Assembly (NCBI GenBank): GCA_001179505.1
Contig: CDMY01000380.1
Location: 1-64,000 of the forward strand
Length of the DNA stretch: 64,000 nt
Direction of reading: 5' to 3'
Source: Vitrella brassicaformis CCMP3155
Taxonomy: Eukaryota > Protista > Chromerida
Shown here piece by piece: positions 61,401-64,000 of this stretch. How positions within the stretch are numbered: the first letter of the stretch is position 1; each line of letters opens with the position of its first letter. A model generated the notes under the pieces. That model saw only the letters and a program-made list of their open reading frames with translations, had not been told where the DNA came from and ran no database searches. The position numbers were made by a program, and so were the translations under genes.

Positions 61401-64000
61401 CCACTGGCGGCAATGGTAATGGCAATGGCGGCCCCCCCGACGGTCAGCCAGCGGGTGGACAGCCGCCCCCTGCCCCGCCATCTGCTCCACACGGGTCCCC
61501 CTCTGTGGGTGAGGCCGCCAACGAGAGCATCAGCACCAACTCAACCAACCAGACACAGATGCCCTCGGCTCCTACGGGCGCCGCCACGATGGATGCCTCG
61601 CCACCACCACCGCCACCCCCACCTTCACCCCAAGGTCTCACGGCGATGCCGGGGGCGCCTCAGCAGTTGAGTGGCGTCTCACCATTCTCGCAGGCCGGGG
61701 GGCCTCCGCCGTCGTTTGCTCATACTGGTGGCGACGTCGAGATCGGTCTGGCCAACGGGCCGCAGTCGGGTGGGCGGGGAGGGCAGGTGCGGCGGTCGGG
61801 CCCAGGGCCGTGTGCCCCGCCACCCCAGGGCTTCAACCCACCCCTCGCCCCCATCGACCGATCATCGCGGGGCATGGGGGTCATCCCGCGGCCCATGCAC
61901 CATCAGGCCATGCAGTTGTCCCCACACCAGATGGTTCGGGGGTCCTCTGGTCGTGAGTACGTGCCTGCGCAGCACCAGCCGCCCGCGTGGCATCAGGTGG
62001 CGCAAGCTCGACAGCAGATGGCTGGGCAGCAGATGGCTGGGCAGGACATCCAGCGCGACACCCTCATGCAGGCCAAGGTCGCCACAGCCTTCCTGGAGGG
62101 CCGGGGACGCGCCGTCAAGGGCTGGTTCACCAAGGTACGCAATGCGCAACACACAGAGACACAAAGACAAGGAAAGATGAGAGAGAGAGAGAGAGAGAGA
62201 CGCACGAAGATTATGTATGTCTCCGATTTGGATGTGTGGTGTGGCGATGAATTGATTGGCATCACTGAATACAGGCAGCGGTGGACCACACGATGAGCAA
62301 GGTGCCCCTCCCGCCCCCTGCGGGCATTACGCGTTTCTACGGTGAGTCCCCGCCGTTCAAGAACGACTGCAAGCTCTTCGACTACCAGTTGGACGGCCTC
62401 AACTGGCTCCTCAACCTCTGGTCCAACGGACGCAACGGCATACTCGCCGACGAAATGGGTCTCGGAAAAACCATGCAGTGCGTCGCATTCCTCAACCACC
62501 TCGTGAGGCACCAAACAGTGGGGAAGGGGCCTCAATGCATCCATGGATGGATACGTGATTGGTGTGCAGATGACTAGGGAGAACGACTATCCGGGTCCGT
62601 TCCTCGTGTTGGCGCCACTCAGCACGCTCGAGCACTGGCGGAGCACTGCAGAGGTGAGGGAGGCTGAAAGGCTGAGAGTCGTGTCGCATCTATGTCTGTA
62701 TGTGTGTATATGTGTATGTCATGTGTTGTGTGTATGGTGCCTGCAGACGTGGACTGACATGAATGTTGTGCTGTACTATGACGAGGCCGGCGCCAAAGGG
62801 CGGGAGACACTCAGACACTATGAGTGGTCAGCACAGCAGCGACAGATAGACAAATGCACCCTCCATCCCTATCCTAATGTGTGTTGGCAGGTTTCACTGT
62901 GTGATGCACCCGAATAATAATGTGGGCAGTCATGGTCAGCCGCCCACATTGACGCAGACGACCCACTTCAAGTTCAACCTCTGCATCTGCTCATACGAGG
63001 TCTTCCTCGCAGACCAGGCCATCCTGGGAGCCATTCCATGGCAGGTGCGCACAGACAGCCAAACCTCCCTCCCGCTGCTCCATGGACGGAGGGTTGGACG
63101 CATGCGTGTTCTGTCTTTTGTTTTGTCTGTGTATGTGTCAGTTCATTGTGATAGACGAGGCGCATCGGTTGAAGAACCGCGAGGCCAAAGTGCTCTCTGT
63201 GCTCAGATCCACACCATGCCAGTACACTGTGGTACGGGCGTGTGTATTATGTATCCATCCATTCACCCATTCATCCATTCATTTATATTTCTCATGCGTA
63301 CCTGGCTGGGACCCATCAACCATCACACTGTGCGTATGTATGTATGTGTGACTGCAGTTGTTGTCTGGTACGCCCATCCAGAACAGCACGGCTGAGTTGT
63401 GGCCTCTCCTCAACTTCATCGAGCCAGTCAAGTTCGCAGACGAACGGGCATTCCATGAGCAATTCGGCGACCTGTCCACGCCCGAACAGGTGGGTTTCGT
63501 TGTGTGTGGGTACATCACATACAGCGCAACTTTCCCTCGTCTGTCTGTGTGTCGTGTATGGTGCAGGTTGCGGGTTTGCAGGAGGTGTTGAAGCCACACT
63601 TGCTGCGTCGCGTCAAGGAGGACGTGGAGCACTCCATCCCGCCACTCGAGGAGACCATAATCGATGTAGAACTCACTGCCGGACAAAAGGTGTGCATGCC
63701 GCACCCATACCCATCAACAAGCAGCCGGACGGACAGATAGGTATTGACAGACTCTCGGTGCTGGTGGCTTCAGGCGTACTACCGTGCGATATACGACCGG
63801 AACATGTATTTCCTGAGTGGGGGCGACCGTCGTGGCGGGTCCTTCACCAATGTCGAGATGGAGCTGCGCAAGTGCTGCAACCACCCTTTCCTCAGCCTCG
63901 CAATATACGAAAAGGAAACGGCACTCTGCAGGGTGGGTCGGACAGGCACTCGTTCACTCACCGGCCGACACATGCGCATGTTGGCGTGCAGATGTACTTA
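58460..64000 (+). CDS. CHD-family SNF2 chromatin remodeler (CHD6-9-like ATPase) with chromodomains and a bromodomain; 3' end outside the window
   Basis: Chromodomains EYL|[13 protein letters not shown] and YLVKWK|[10 protein letters not shown]; bromodomain [23 protein letters not shown]; ATPase motifs [27 protein letters not shown] and [12 protein letters not shown]. Confidence 0.93.

Overview
This is an intron-dense, GC-rich eukaryotic window with mostly 55-100 nt GT-AG introns. The gene style, the ApiAP2-type domains and a bipartite plastid leader suggest a chromerid alveolate such as Vitrella (inference only). Well-supported genes are EFTUD2/Snu114, VAC14, RAB4, GMPPB, a CHD-family remodeler (runs off the window), a TauE-family transporter, a secreted CE4 deacetylase, an intronless GT32 glycosyltransferase, a WD40-like protein, a DUF2358 protein, a class I SAM methyltransferase, a SUMO-like-domain protein and a small secreted Cys/Trp-repeat protein. 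The main unexplained structure is a dispersed, intron-retaining double-AP2-domain element: six coding copies plus extra copies of its conserved 3' tail. It repeatedly brackets foreign DNA, including an inverted exon-intron fragment of the neighbouring EFTUD2 gene, an RGG exon and a 225-bp amplified unit. The window also holds Helitron-type PIF1 remnants with a CTAG hairpin motif, an AATT-bounded MITE pair (one copy carrying a mini-Helitron-like foldback), a piggyBac-like remnant, three GC-AG introns and two 300-N gaps. No rRNA, tRNA or CRISPR array was found. Exon boundaries were traced by eye and family assignments come from recalled motifs, not database searches.
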